A DNA stretch of 64,000 bases, from the NCBI RefSeq assembly GCF_009914755.1, contig NC_060929.1. The stretch is one strand, 5' to 3'. Shown piece after piece: positions 24,924 to 41,094 of this stretch. The notes beneath the pieces were generated by a model. The model saw only the letters and a program-made list of their open reading frames with translations, searched no databases and was not told the DNA's origin. The position numbers and the translations under genes are program-made. The DNA is from the human T2T-CHM13v2.0 reference genome, Homo sapiens. How positions within the stretch are numbered: the first letter of the stretch is position 1; every line of letters starts with the position of its first letter.

Positions 24924-27922
24924 TTTCAAAAGAAAGGGTGAGAGAGCAAGGGAAGGAACCCTCTACAGGAGCCACCAAAGACCAGGAAGTGTGGTAGCCC
25001 TACAGGAATTCCCATATCCGGGGTTGAGGGAGAGAAGAGTGTAACTTTCATCGAGTGTCTATTACATGCCAGACATAGTATTGGATTCTTTTTTATTGGT
25101 ATGCTCACACTTTCCTCCTTTTCTAAAATATAATTTTTTAGCCTTGTTTTAATTGTGGTACAGTATATAACATAAGATTTGCCATTTTAAACAGTTTAAG
25201 TGTATAATTCAGTGGCATTAATGAAGGTTGCAGTGATATTCAACCATCACCACCATCTACTTCCAAAACTTTTCATCACTCCAAACAGAAACTTTGTATC
25301 CATTAAAAAATGCTTTGTCCTTGTCATTAATTTTATTTCATTTCAAACTCTGAGAGAAATGACCATGAAGCAGGTTTTGTTTTCATTGTTTAGCTCTCTC
25401 ATTTGATCCCCTGGAAACTGCAGAAATGTTGGGAGTTTGGGCCCTGAAAACGCCCGGGAGATGATGTTCAGTCCCTTATGCTGCTGCATGTATTTACTTA
25501 GTATTAGGATGTGATTCATGGTAAACACATGTAGGTATTAATTATTCTAAACTTGTGGTCCCTGGACTTATCCAGGGGGTCTATGAACTCCCTGCAATTG
25601 TAATCAGAATTTTGGATGCAGATGCATTTGCTTGGGAAATGATTATGTAGCTTTTTCCTCCTCAACCTTAGAAGGATATATAATCCCCAAAATGATTACA
25701 ATCCCCATTTTTGAAGATAGAGGCTGGGGAGTAGGCACTGAACCCTCAAAACTTCGTGATGGAGTCACAGAGTTTAAGTACTCTTACTGTCTCTGTGTCA
25801 TCCCTCTGTGGTTAATTTGGTTTAAGGAAGCTTGGAAGAAATTCTGTTCCCAGTCTCCTCTCTCCATCTTCCACTCCCCAGACCCCATCTCACCTTACCA
25901 ACTTCTATCTATAGTCTGCATCCTGAAGCCTAGAGAGATGGGAGAACTGGAGGAAATGCCTGGATAGTACAATTGGAATATTAATAAAAGAACAAGTGCA
26001 TGAAGCATGACAGGAAGGGGAGAATAATTTTGCTTCTTTCCTCTGCCTGCATAGAGAGGAACCCCTGTGTTCTTTTGACCTTATCTCTGCCATTTTGCAC
26101 TCATTATGGCTAGGTTTCAAATTCTCTCTGCTTAGAGGCCTCCCCCAAATCATTAAAAAGTTCCCTGGTGTCCCCAGCCCTGCCTGAATCCAATCCTGGC
26201 CCAACTAGATCCCACTCACCCAACCTACTAGTCAGCTCTGCTCCACACCCCTGTGTCCAGGGTTGACTGTCACTCTGTCCTCTCAAACACATCAACCACC
26301 TCGCTCTGAGTCTCCCTGTGCCCAGCCTGTCCCCTCACACCTGTCCTTTCTCTGGGGGATGCTGCACAGTTCATACTCCACAGTCAGGACCCTTGAGCTC
26401 TTCTACCCTCAGGTGCCCAGCCCAGCCCCCTTCCAGATGAGCCCAGGGAGTGTTTGCCTAAGGCATGGTGGGGAAGCTGCGGCATCTGCTTGGGGGAACT
26501 TATCTGGCCTCTATGGCCTCTAGGAATGTGATTATCATGAATGTGCAAAGAGGATTAAACTGCATTTAGGGAAAACATAAACAGTGGTACATTATAAAGA
26601 TGCAGAGCTCTAAAACAGAAAAACTAGATCTGGTTCTGTAAAGGTAATATTAATTACAAGAATTTATGAGAACTTATGGCTAATTACCACATGCATATAC
26701 ACTTATGTATATGTACACAACTAATTTTATTGTAAGTTTTGTTGGGTTGCAACATTACACAAATAACAATAATTTATTGTTTGCTGAGCTTCTACATGCC
26801 AGCTACCATCTTAATCACTTTATAGAAATTATTTTATGTAGTTTTATACTCTGTTTCCAGTCTTTATTTGCTCATTAAGCATGGTTATTATCTAATTCAT
26901 TTTAAGAGAAGAAAACTACGTTTTGTAAAATATTGGTTGTATCTTAAAGCTCTGAAAGTCCTGAATACAGACTGTTAATATACATTTGGATAATTATCAG
27001 AACTTTTGCTGTCAAAGTCCTATCTGTTGTACCTACAAAAATAAATGTTTATGGAAATGTCTTCAAATTCCTCTTAGCTACCAGGAGAAAAGAATGAAAG
27101 GAAAAGCTTAATGAGAGCTAATTCATAAGCCTTCTCTCCTTTCTGCTTTCTTCCCTGATCTGTTCCTTTTTCCTCCAGTCCCTACTATTTTTCCCCTCCC
27201 CTCCCTAACCCTTAAATTTTCTTCCCTCCCTTCCCCCGCTTCTCCCCCTGCTTTCCGCCTCATCTTTTCTACCTCTTTCCTTACTCCCTTCTTGACATAT
27301 TATTGTCAGGTGCAGCGTGCAGACGTTTGGGAAGGGGACCAGGAAGAAATGCAAGCAGGGAAAAGTTTCATGCTTCCTCATATTATTCTGGAAAAAGACA
27401 GAAGTTACCAATTGTAAATTTTAAGATATCCTAGAGGAGCGCCAGTTTTTTTCTGTGAGCATCCAGCAGTGGTGCTCTGGAAATTTAAGATTGAATTCAG
27501 TTGAAGCTCACTGGTTCTATTAACAAAAAGATTCATACAAAAGGTCTCAGTGACATGTTATTTCTTTCCTGGGTCAGGAATTGTCTTTGCTGTGTGTCTG
27601 TGATGACTGGAACATTAGGCAGATTCTCTAGAAGGTCTATCATCCAAGAGATTGCATCTCAGAATGCAATTTTTGTTCACTGACCTTTATGAAAAAGAAT
27701 AAAGACACTGAAAATTGATGATATGGAAGTTGGAAATCCATGGACGTGAGCACTGTCCTAATGGCACATTTAAAGCTTTAGGGAGCTTTCAAAAATTTGA
27801 AAATGTGAATAAAATCTATATTCAAAAGATAAGACAGATTAGAGAATAATACGTTAGATCTTTTATGGGCCATTTATGTTGATTTGATCATCAGTTTCTT
27901 TGGTGAAGAGTAATAATGAGCA

Positions 27923-28218
27923 GGCTGGGTTGGAGGCTCGTGCCTGTAATTCTAGCACTTTGGGAGGCTGAAGTGGGTGGATTGCTTGAGCCCAGGAGTT
28001 CAAGACCAGCCTGGCCAACATGGCGAAACCCTGTCTCTACTAAAAACACAAAAATTAGCCAGGCACGGTGGCACATGCCTGTAATCCCAGCTACTAGGGA
28101 AACTGAGGCACAAGAATTGCTTAAACCTGGGAGGTGAGGTTGCAGTGAGCCGAGATTGTGCCACTGCACTCCAGTCTGGGTGACAGACCAAGACTCGGTC
28201 TTTAAAAAAACAAAAAAC
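27923..28218 (+). mobile_element. Full-length AluS
   Basis: Dimeric Alu. TSD aataatgagca at 27912-27922 and 28219-28229. Confidence 0.96.
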
Positions 28219-29437
28219 AATAATGAGCAAACCTTCCTTGTCCTGTCTTATGAGATAGAATCCTAGTTTTAGGAATAACTGTCTAGGAGCTTCAATTCTG
28301 CAGCTTTTCCTCCACATCTAACCATTTGAAGGGATGTGAGCCATAGAGGGAAATGCTCCGGAGAAGAAAGCTGAATTCTAGTTTACACTTGGTCACAAAT
28401 CTTCTATGTGGTCATAAGTCAATCATCTGCCATGAGTCTCAGTCTTCCTGTCTATAAAATGGGATACTTGGATCATATGCTGCTCCAGAATACTATGTTT
28501 CAAGGTGGTGATCAATCAAAATGCTTTGTAACTGCGTGTAACTTTGTTCTCACTTTTGTAAACTGTAGGCAAATCTTTGTCTGGCAGTTTTGTTCCAAAA
28601 GAAATGCTGGCTTTTCCATAAATGTTGTTTTGGTCACTTGTTTGGGGGCCAATCCACTGCTGGCCCTTTATGCTTATGTCAAATGGAAAGCTAAGGCCAC
28701 ATTAAACCTAACTGGTTGAAAGAGAGCAAGTTCAAAGCTATATCCCAAAGTAATCAGATTCTCTTTGCAATATCCTACAAAAGCCACTTGGATAAATAAA
28801 ATTTGATTTTAAGAATATTGATTGGGTTCTTTTGCATAGCCTTTGATTTTCACATTTTTCTCTCATAACGTGTTATGATTTCATATTGCTGGAAATAAGC
28901 CCTCACTAATTCCTTTCTTTGTGCTTCTTCTGTATATCTTGAATTTCTCCACGTCGCTCCACCTCCACTCCTTCCTTCCTAGCCACAGCATCCGGCATCC
29001 CTCACCTGAACAGCAGCCTCTTGACTGGTTTCTCTGTTTCCAAGCTGTAGCCTCTGATCCAGGCTCCATACAGCAGCCATATTGTGTTGCTCACTTCATT
29101 CCCATCATTTGAAGGCTTCCCACGGCATTTGAATAAATCCCAACCATCTCAGACCATGGCTATGGTGAACACAGTGAGCAGTCTGGCTTCTGGGAATGCT
29201 GTTGGTAGATGTCTTCAACAGTCAGCCCCTGCAGGCTGGCCTCAGACACAGGGAGCCACTTCCTTCTTCCCGGGGAGCCCTACATCCAGGGTCCACTCAT
29301 CTTGGGAGTATAAAGGCTTGGCCAACTCTGGGCAACTCTGGATAGCCATTCTAGCTGCAGAGCTTCACATGGGATCGGCTGTGGCTATCATCTGGGTCTG
29401 CCACTCAGTTCATGTCTTGCTCTGCCCCATCTTTCTC

Positions 29438-29931
29438 TGCCAAGACCAGCTCGGTTGTGGAGACCCGAACCCAGCAGTGCTAGAGGAATTAAGACAAAGA
29501 TACAGAAACAGAGTGCAAAGTGGGATCGGGGGCTAACAGCCTTCAGAGCTGAGAGCCACAAACAGTTTGACCCACATATTTATTGACAGCAAGCCAGTGA
29601 TAAGCATTATTTCTATAGATTATAGATTAACTAAAAGCATTCCTTACAGTAAACAAAGCATTCTTCGTGAAGAGCAGAGAAACAGCCTCTGGCTGATTAT
29701 CTGCAGCAAAAGCATGTTGTTAAGGCACAGGCTGCTCCTGCTATTGTCTGTGGTTTGAGCAGTTTTCCACTCTGGGCGGGCCAGGTTTTCCTTGCCCTGC
29801 TCCAGTAAACCAACAACTTCTAGAAGTGTGCATGATAGCCGTCATGAGCATGTCACATTGCTACAGAAATCCTGTTTATGGCCAGTTTCTTTAAGGCCTG
29901 TTTATGACAGGCTTAGGTCCTGTTCCCCCCA
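29438..29931 (-). mobile_element. ERVK-class solo LTR (LTR22-like), nested in an older ERVL-type LTR
   Basis: TG...CA termini and exact 6-bp TSD TTTCTC at 29432-29437 and 29932-29937. Minus-strand 3' end 'ccgagctggtcttggca' resembles LTR22, and the 5' part resembles MER9. Confidence 0.8.
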
Positions 29932-31351
29932 TTTCTCACTTCCTTCCCCTCTTCCACAGGGGCTGATACAAAGGGAACTATTTAATAAATGATGACAATG
30001 GCATCATAATACGCTGTATCATCTGGTCCTTGCCTATACTTCTGGCTCCATCCTGTGTCACTGCTGCCCCTGGCACATGGGTCTGCAGTTTATTTGCAGT
30101 TCCTGGATCCTATTAGGCTCATTCCTACCTCAGGGTCTATGCAACTGATGTTTCCTCTCTATGGGAGTTTTTCTTACAACTCTATCTAATTCTTCCTTAT
30201 CCATTAGTGCTTAACTTGACTGTCACCTCCTCAGAGAAGCCTTTCCTAACCCTACCCCCGCATCATCACCAACCTAAGAGTATAAATAAGAATCTTTCTC
30301 CTGTTCTCTTATATAGCATCCTATTTTTTTCTTCATAGTACTGCTTGCAATTTGTGATTATATATTCACTTGCTTACTCACATGTTTAAGTTTGTCTTCC
30401 TCTACTGGACAGCAAACTTCTCAAAGACGAGTTTCTCATGTTCTGTTTGCCAGTTTGTATCAATTATATCCTCATCATTTGGCCCCGTTCTTGTCCCCTA
30501 GTTGATATTCAATAAATACTGACTGAATGAATGAAAGGACTGAATTTCTCCCCTTCCTAAGAAAGGCCTGAGTTTCTTTAGTCTCCTGGCTGTTTCTCTT
30601 TGAAGTCGCTATTCAAGGAGCCAGACTCCTTTAAAGACTGGGAAGAACTACCCTAGGGCAGGACCATCAGTGGATAACCAGTAGCACCGTAGCCAGTTGC
30701 CCAGCTGGAAGTTTTGACACAGGCAAGTAAGTACCTTCTGCATGCAGCAGGAACCATCTTGGCTCCAGGCCAACTGCTGCCATGCCTTCCTCCTCACTTT
30801 CCTGTCTTAATTACCCCTTTCTTCTATAGCAGCCTGCTCCAGTTTTCTGTCTATCATCTGTCCAAGCTTTATATTCTCATCTTGCCTGCCTGACCAAAAC
30901 TAACTTTGCTTTCACCACTGTATCTAGCTTCAGGAAAGGCTCCTCGTTCCCCTACACTTTCATAGCCCTTTGGGGATACCCTCTCACTGTAGGGCACAGG
31001 CAGCCTGTAAAACAGGATCAAGATTCAACCCAATGAAATTTAGACACTATTACTTAACATTTAGGTAGTAGCAGACAGAGGCTGAGAACTTTATAAGGAT
31101 TATCACATTCAATTCTCATTTAATCTCAACTATTATATGGAGAATTTACTACTACCATCTCCATTTTATGGAGTTTGGACAGCTGAAAGTGATTTATCCA
31201 AGGTAAGAGGTGACATTGGGATTCAAACCCAGATGATCTGATTGCAGGAGCAATGAGCACCTTAATTCTTCACTGCATTAGACTGTGACTGGATAACTTG
31301 CTCCACTGAGACCAAATGACATTGCTTTATTTTGTAGTAAACAGAGTTGTT

Positions 31352-31656
31352 GTTTCTTTTTTTCTTTCTTTCTTTTTTTTTTTTTTTTTCACTGTCGCTG
31401 GGCTGGAGTGCAATGGCGCGATCTCGGCTCCCTGCAACCTCTGCCTCCCTGATTCAAATGATTCTCCTGCCTCAGCTTCCTGAGTAGCTGGGATTATAGG
31501 CGCACACCACCACAGCTGGTTAATTTTTTCTATGTTTAGTAGAGACGGGGTTTCACTACGTTGGCCAGAATGGTCTCGAACTTCTGACCTCGTGATCCAC
31601 CTGCCTCGGCCTCCCAAAGTGCTGGGATTACAGGCTTTAGCCGTCGTGCCTGGCCT
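31352..31656 (-). mobile_element. AluSc-like
   Basis: T-tail then 'ggctggagtgcaatggcgcgatctcggctc...gacctcgtgatccacctgcctcggcctcccaaagtgctggg'. Confidence 0.95.
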
Positions 31657-33964
31657 CAGAGTTTGTTTTAAATTCAGCTTTGGTTTCTTTCTTTCCTTGT
31701 TTTACAGTAAGAAATTTTGAAAAAGGATGTTAGAGTGATTAGGCCTTAAAGAAATCAGTTCCATTGTGTCACTGCCTTCTTATTAATTTCGCTTTTGAGT
31801 TCTACTGTCCTATGGTGGTGTGTGGGGGTACATGATCACTGTGGGCCATTTGCACTTATAATCTCTCCTCTACAGGGTTATAGAGAGTCAAGGAAGAGTA
31901 GTGAGCACATATTGATGCTGATATCATGGGCAAGAGCAGATTGAGCAAAGTTAACTTTTTTTTTTTTTTTGCATTTTACATCATCCTTTTTTCTCTATTT
32001 TGTGCACTAACCTTTGTTATATCATGGAAAAGAGCATATGCTCACAAAATATTAATATATAGAAATGCTACCAATGTATTTAACTACCTGCTAACTTACA
32101 AGAAATGTTGCTATTTTTAAAATATATTTCCTATATGGTTACAGTTTATATACTGATTTTTCTCAGACATGATTGAAATTTCATATTTGATTTTCCAATA
32201 TGAAGTTATGTGCTCTAAAATAGATATTCAAAATTGAATTAAATAAAATAAAAAATTCACTACGTGCTTGCTCTATGAATTATAAGAATTAAAACAACAA
32301 AACATTTTTCTCCCATTAGGCTGGTAAAGATTTTACTAATTTTTAAATAAAAAGATTGGTAATATCTAGTATTTGGGGTTGGTTAGTGTGTAGGAGAAAT
32401 GTGGTTTCTTATATATTGAGGTAGGAGGGTTAATAAGTACCTGCTTTTGAAGGTAACTTGGAATTAGCTCTGAAAGTTGACCCAGTAATTCCATTTCTAG
32501 GAGTCTACCTTCCAGAAATAGTCACACGCACAGTGATTTTTTTACAAATCATTGCAGTGTAATTTTAAATAGTATAAAATTGAAAATAACCATCAATAGG
32601 GAAAGGGTAAAAGTTATGGGTATAATTAAGAGCATAATTATCAACACTATAGATACTATAGAGCTGTTGAAAAGCATCAGGAAGACATAAATGTACTGAC
32701 AAGAACTCTAAGACACACGAATGATTGAAAAAGCAAGTTGCGAACGAATAAATATAGTATTATACTGTTTGTGTTAAGAAGTACGTAACATTCATATATG
32801 TAGAGGCATGCAACAGATCAGAGAGATTGTTATTAGTGTTTACCTCTGGAGAGGGGATAGGATTGACTAATCTGTGGTGAGGAAGTAAAAGGATTCATAG
32901 CTACAGGTTTTCTATTCATTTCTGTATCATTTAGATTTTGTACACTGACTATCCACACATAAGTTACTGTTGTAATTTTAAAACAGAAATAAAAAGTTAT
33001 AACTACAAAACTATAAAATTTTTGATAGATTAAATTATAGATGTCTACTTTAAGCTCTATGTATGCTTCATGTAGCATCAAGTTATGCTAAATTATTGAG
33101 ATATTATTGGGATGTGACATTAGGGTATATTTTGTTACATGAAACAGAAACTGATTTAAAAAGCATGAGTAGAATTAAGGGAGTTTATTGAAAGGATGTA
33201 GGAGAATCTTAGGAAACTCATGCAATCTGGCCTCAAGGGAGTAGGGAAGTTCAAAGGCTATGTCTTCCCTCTCTCTCTCCAGCGCCCAGGTTCTTTGACA
33301 TCTATTTCTCCTGACACATCTGCACAATTCTCCTCTGGGGACTGTCCTCCTCTGCTTTTTGTTTGCTTGTTTTTAATCATCCTTGGGTCTATGTCTCTAC
33401 AGGTTCACTACCATCTTGGGCTGAGGAAATTCTGGAAAATACTTTGGAGAAAGACTTTGATTGTGTCAGTTTACTCCATTTAATATTTTACTTTTTGAAT
33501 TGTGAAATTAATTTCCAACTATTAATAGTATGTAAAGGTTCATCCATAAATAGTCACTGTTTCTGGTTCAGCTCCGGCTACTAAAGTGCAGCCAATTTTA
33601 TATCTAAAGGCCTGTTTAGGCAGAAGTTTGTGGACAGTGACATATGGGGTGGGCCACAGCTAACAGATGCGTTACTTTGACGAAGCTTGAGTTTATATGG
33701 CTAAAGACAGCCATTATATGTTATGAACAAAGAAAAGGGATAGCTGGTATTGAGATATTCTTGAACCAGTGTCTAATCATTATTCACTCTTCATTTTGCT
33801 TTATACCTTATAAGGACTAAAGTTGACTTACTGGTCTATTGATTCTCATTGGAACATAGTCTTTACGGCAAACCCAATGGACAGAGGTTTATGAGAGGAA
33901 CTGATTGCCAGTTGAGCAGTGTGTCAAATGTTCGTTACCTTAATCTAGAACTATGCTATCAACA

Positions 33965-35370
<1,406 letters not shown>

Positions 35371-35865
35371 TATGCTCAATAGAAGTGCATACATGTGTTC
35401 ACCAAAAGACATGCACAAGAATGCTCATAGTGGTGCCATTCATAATACTGATAAAGTGGAAACAATGCAAATGCCCATCAGTGGTAGAATGGGTAAATAA
35501 ATTGTGGTTTAATCATAAAATGGAACACCTTCTGGCAATGGGGTTTTACAAACACGACTACACGGAATAATATGAATGAATATCTTAAAATGTTGAGCTA
35601 AAAAAGCTAAACATCAAAGATACATACCATATGATTTCATTTATATAAAGTTCGAAAAACAGGCAAAATGAATCAGTGGTACCAGAGCTCAGGGCAGTAA
35701 TTGTCATTGGCAGAGGTGGTGACAGGAAGGGAGTGTAGCGGGGTCTGGGGCACTGCTAATATTCTGTTTCTTGATCTGGTAACACGTATATTTTTAGTTT
35801 TGATAATTTGACAACCTGTATGCTTACGATTAGTGTCCTTTTCTATATGTATATTTCAATATATC
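35371..35865 (+). mobile_element. Old L1ME/MD 3' fragment
   Basis: 'aaatgcccatcagtggtagaatgggtaaataaattgtgg', 'atgatttcatttatataaagttc'. Confidence 0.7.
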
Positions 35866-36242
35866 TTTTACCAAAAAAGTAACATGTTTCTAACTTGAGG
35901 ACCAAAGTTTATAATACCTTCACTCTTTTAATATAAATCACAGTGGATTTTGTGAGCTCCCTAGAGTAACAGTACTCACTTCCTTTCTTGATTTGGGGGT
36001 GGTAAAGGGTGGAATTACAACAATGGCAAAATGGTTCATAACCCTGGGGAGAGGCAGGGGAATGTCTTGTACAAGTTAATATCATTTGTCACTAGGCTAT
36101 CATTTAAACAGGAAAGATGGGAGGGCCTCCAGAGCATGAAGTGCAAAATCATACTTCCAGACCCTTCACCATTATTGCCAGGGCCAGCACTCAATGTACC
36201 ATATACTCCAGCCCCAGCCTCCTGGTTTTTCAGCTTTTGATA

Positions 36243-36635
36243 TATATTTGTCTGCTTGGGCTGCTGTAACAACATACCATAGGCTGGGTAGTTTAAGCAA
36301 CAGGTGTTTATTTCTCATAGTTCTGGAGGCTGAGAAGTCCAGATCAAGTTGCTAGCAGATTCAGTTCCTGGTGAGGGTCGGCTTCCTGGAGTGTAGAGGG
36401 CCACTTTCTTTCTATGTCCTCCCATGGCAGACAGGGGAGAGGGAGAGACAGAGGAATCTCTCTGATTTCAGTTCTTATAAGGACACTAAAGTCATCAGAC
36501 CAGGGCCCCATCCTTAGGACCTAATCTAAACCTAATTACCTCCCAGAGGCCCCACTTCCAAATACCATCATAGTGTTAGGGCTTCAAAATATGAATTTTT
36601 TTGCGGGGTAGGGGGACACAATTCGGTCCAAAGCA
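36243..36635 (-). mobile_element. MLT1A-like LTR
   Basis: 'tttatttctcatagttctggaggctgagaagtcc', 'cctaattacctcccagaggccccacttccaaataccatca'. Confidence 0.85.
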
Positions 36636-37238
36636 GACATTGTCTATTGAACCTCCAACTGGGGAAATTCAAGGTTGTGCATTTCCTTAACCTCACTGCA
36701 CAGTCACACTTCCCAACCCCCTTCTCTCCGTCTAATTGTGCGATAATTTTAGTCAGGTCAGGTGAAATTAGAACCCAGAAGCATCACATGACTTGAAATG
36801 CAGTTGACTCCCAAATCTACCCTTTCCAACCCTGCCCTCTGCCCTGCTCTGGCATCCCACACAGCACATACAATGTTTATTACAGTCCCTGTGCCTTCAC
36901 TCACCTGTTCCTTCTACCTAGAACCTCTCTCCTCCCCATCTTCACCTGGCTTCCTTTGTTGGTTAGTTCAAGTCTGGCTCAGTTGCATCCTTTCCAGCAA
37001 CCCTTCCCTTGCCCCGCCTTCAGTTCTACCCAAGATCTCCTTCCATCGTCCTGAGAACTGAACCTCATTCCTGCGACTATCATTCCATGTTGAAATTATA
37101 TGTGCAGGAGTGTCTCCACCACAAGACTGTCAGCTTCCTGAAGAGAGAAACCTTGCTTTTTAATCCGTGTAATTCCAGTACAAGCACTATGCTTAGTATA
37201 CAATGGGCATTTTATGTTTATTTAACAAACAAAATTGA

Positions 37239-37473
37239 GCCTAGGCAACATGGCAAAACCTCATCTCTACAAAAAATACAAAAATTAGCCAGGCACGATG
37301 GTGTTCACCTGTAGTCCGGGCTACTTGGGAGGCTGATGTGGGAGGATCACTTGGGCATGGGAGGCAGAGGTTGCAGTAAGCTGAGATTATGCCACTGCAC
37401 TTCAGCCGATTGTGCCACTGCACTTCAGCCTCGATGACAGAGCCAGACTCTGTCTCAAAAAAAAAAGAAAAAA
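37239..37473 (+). mobile_element. 5'-truncated AluJ with internal 23-bp tandem duplication
   Basis: Starts at 'gcctaggcaacatggcaaaacc'. Duplicated unit at 37385-37430. Confidence 0.9.
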
Positions 37474-38672
37474 GAATTGAAGTGATAATTGGCATTTTTC
37501 ACTCGCCTGTGCAGTCAGGTTTTGTTCTTAATATTTGATGCCTTTGTTTTGATGGGAATAAAATTGTTTCCCACTGGTTAATGGTTCTCTTGGTTTACAA
37601 GAAAATTTGCAGGCCAGGCACAATTCACAAAGACTCTAATATCCTGTAGACAGGAGTCTCTGTCACACTTGATTTACTTCTTAATGGGTGTGTTTCTTAC
37701 TCCAGAGTGTGACTGTCCTCCTGGCTATTAGAGTTGACTTGTACCAAATCGATGAAAGAGAATTAGGGGAAAGGGCAAATGATCCTAACAGTAGTTACAA
37801 CACTGTTTCATGATGAGAAAACAAGATTGGAAGGTTAATGGTTGGAGGGACTTAAAGTGCAAGAGATTCTTAATCTTTGGTTACTTTATAAATGAAGTAG
37901 ATAACCCTTAGGTCATAAGAATATATTATCTAAAGTGTGTATTTAAAGTGTAATTTTGCGCTTGCTTCACCACTTGCCTAGGATCCTAAAGCTCTTTATA
38001 AGGTTATCTACCCACATGTAAAACTTAATTTATTGGTTTGGTGAATTAAGGGAAATAATTTATTTTTCAGCAGATTTTATTAGCTGTTAAAGTTTATAAG
38101 CTAAAGAGCTCAATGGCTTTTTCTTGGAATTTCATACATTATGCAAATTTCTTCATGAATGATCATTCTGTAAGTGATGTCTCAGGTTGCTTTGAACCCA
38201 GAGAACCTTTCAGTTGGTGCAATACCAGCTTCAGTTTTATTAGAAAAAATAAAGAAAAAAGAAGCTCATCTCCTCTTTCATCATTACTTCTCGCTCACTT
38301 AAATCTAAATAAACAAAAATTGGTTGCGTCTTTAATAAACTGAAAATACTGCCATTCATGGTTTAAGATAGAATTCTTAATCAAAAGCTCGATTTATCTA
38401 CAACTTCTAAAACAGATATTGGCTTTAAAATGTTACTTTAAACATCTTCTATAGCCAATATCTACATTATAATATAAAGCCCAGTGCCTTTCTATTCAAC
38501 ATATGCTTGTTATAAGATAGCCACCAGGTATTTGAAGGATGTACAAAAAAATCCCCCTTATCAAAATTACTGTGGCAGACTCTGACAGTTTTATTCCTTA
38601 TAGATGTTCTCATTTTTAATTCTAGTAATAGAAATTTAAGGTAGGTATATGGCTGTCCAGCTAAAATACCTA

Positions 38673-39480
38673 TGATATTATGATACATACATTGGTTTTC
38701 ATCCACAGCTCCTGGCTCATAATTCCTATAACCCTTGTTATTGTCTTTTGTTATAATGTTGGGGCACTTTAGGCCTCAGAGGCAGGCCTCAGGAAGCAGA
38801 ATCTCTCTGACCTTCTCCTGCCTTCCTTTACCTCCTTTCTTTCTCCAAGGTAGGAATCTTTTTGGGCCTTTCTACCTTGGAGCTGGACATAAATAAATTC
38901 TCTGACCTACCTTGTCTGATTGTAGGTCATAAGACCTTCATTTCAGATGGGGTCCTACCCATACCCTGGAGAAAGGAATGCTGCACAGAGAGGCCAGGAA
39001 GAATCTGAACAGATAGGCTTTGGTGAGTTCCCCAACTTAGCCTATAGTATTAGCTCATATCCTTTTTGTCCAATCACATTTCTACATGGTTGTCAATCAT
39101 GTCTATCCAATGAATTCTCTATAAAAGGCCCAAGAGGACAAGGTTAAGAGAGTTCTGGACAGATGAACACATGGAGGTTTGCAGGAGGGTGAACAAGAAC
39201 TTATCCATGTGCTGGGAGGGTGCCAGCTCCATGGGGACCGAAGCTCCTATGTCTGGGATCCTTCTAGATCTCGCCCTATGTATCTCTTCATCCAGTTGTT
39301 TGTTTGTATTCTTTAAAATATCCTTTGTAATAAACTGGTAAACATAAGTAAGGGTTTCCCTGAGTTCTATAAGCTCCTCTAGAAAATTAATTGAACTCAA
39401 AGAGAGGGTCATGGAAACCACAACCTTTAGTTGGTTGATCAGATGTTCCAGAGGCCCAGACTTTTGACTGGTGGGAAGAC
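38673..39480 (+). mobile_element. MER21-like LTR
   Basis: 'tgatattatgatacatac...ggctcataa', 'taataaactggtaaacataagtaagggtttccctgagttct'. Confidence 0.75.
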
Positions 39481-39950
39481 GTGATGGCTAGAGCTGGAGC
39501 CATGTTAGACCATGAGACAGAAACTGGGATGAGCGTGGTGGAACCAGGAAACAGAAAAGACTGGGGTGTCCAGCACTGTGGAGCAGTTCTATCAATCAGC
39601 CTAGGCTGCCTCCCTGTCAGTTATATGAGAGAAAAATAAATGAACTTATGTAAGCTATTGTTCCTTTGGCCTTTTCTACAGCTAGACTCGAATCTGTGTC
39701 CTAAATGATATACAATATGCAGACATTCCTACCATTCATAATTTATTCCTAGGGATCAAATCATTATATCATCTTGAGTTCCCTGTTCAAACTCAACTAT
39801 CTTGGGAAAAGTGCTTCCGTCAGTAACTTCTTAACATGAATTAGTTTATCAATTTACTGTTATTCCTTCACTAGTTTTAGGGTTTTGGATTAAAGGAAGA
39901 TTCATTTGTTAAGGTTGACACTGTGTTAATCGAATTAAGAAACCTCATTT

Positions 39951-40097
39951 GGAGCCACATGCGATAGTGCATGTCTGTAATCCCAACTACTAGGGAGGCT
40001 GAGTCTGGAGGATTACCGAGCCTAGAAGCTGGAGACCAGCCTGAGCAACATAGTCAGACCCTATCTCATTAAAACAAAAACAAACAAATAAATAAGC
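39951..40097 (+). mobile_element. Alu monomer (FLAM-like)
   Basis: 'tgtaatcccaactactagggaggctgag...gagaccagcctgagcaacatag' plus A-rich tail. Confidence 0.8.
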
Positions 40098-41094
40098 AAA
40101 TGCCTGACTTGGGACAGAGAACTCAGCTGTGTCTGCACAGAGCTGGGTCTGAAAGTGGCCATTAGTGTAGCATTAAGCACTCTCTGAGAAAGCAAGATCA
40201 CATTCTAAAGTGAAAGATAACAAAGAGTGGGGTCCTTCAGGAACAGGGTCTAACTAATAATTCATGGGAGTGTGGGTGAAGAGGTCTCAAGCTCACGCTA
40301 TTGCTTGGAAGAGAAATAAATTAGATACTGTTTAAACTGGCAACTGGCTTTTAAATGGGTACAAGTACTGATGGTTATTAGTCTTATGTAGTTTTTCTCC
40401 TGAATGGCAAACATTTTTTTCCCAATAACATTGGCCATGGAACTTAAAATAATGCTGCCATGAAGACATGTCTTTTCTGCTTTTCTGTGCCTTTTGCCCC
40501 TTCTTTTTCTCAGAACACAATGTTCTCTTCTTCAGCTTACTCTTTATCTTTTTCTTCTAGCTCTAGTATTTTTCATCTTTGATTTCTCTATCCTGTTTGC
40601 TCAACAAGACTTTTAATCTATGAGCTCCCAAATCACAAAGCCATGTTTCTCAAAATGAACTGCCCCATCTGTAACTGCTATGCTAAATTTTGAAACGTGA
40701 GCAATAAGGAGATAGATGGTTGACCTTGAACAAAACACTTCACCTCTCTTGACTTTAGTTTTATTGTCCTAAAATGTGGAAACAAGTGAGGTCTAGACAG
40801 TCTTTTCCCTCTCTAACACCATGCTCAGGGCCTCCTTTTCTGCCAAAGACTCACTTGGAGGTGCCAGGACTCTACTGATATGTATTAGATGCTTTCTCCG
40901 TCCCTCTCCTGATGTGTATCCTCACCCTTCCATATTTCCTTTGGCAACAGAACTTATTACTGCCAGAATAGTCTGTGGAGTTGGGAGAATTAATTTATTT
41001 GAGCAGAAGTGTATCCATGTTTTTATACACTAAAAGGTATAAAGCATGAATTATTGCAAAACAAAATAAGCAAGAAAACAAAGATAACTAATTC

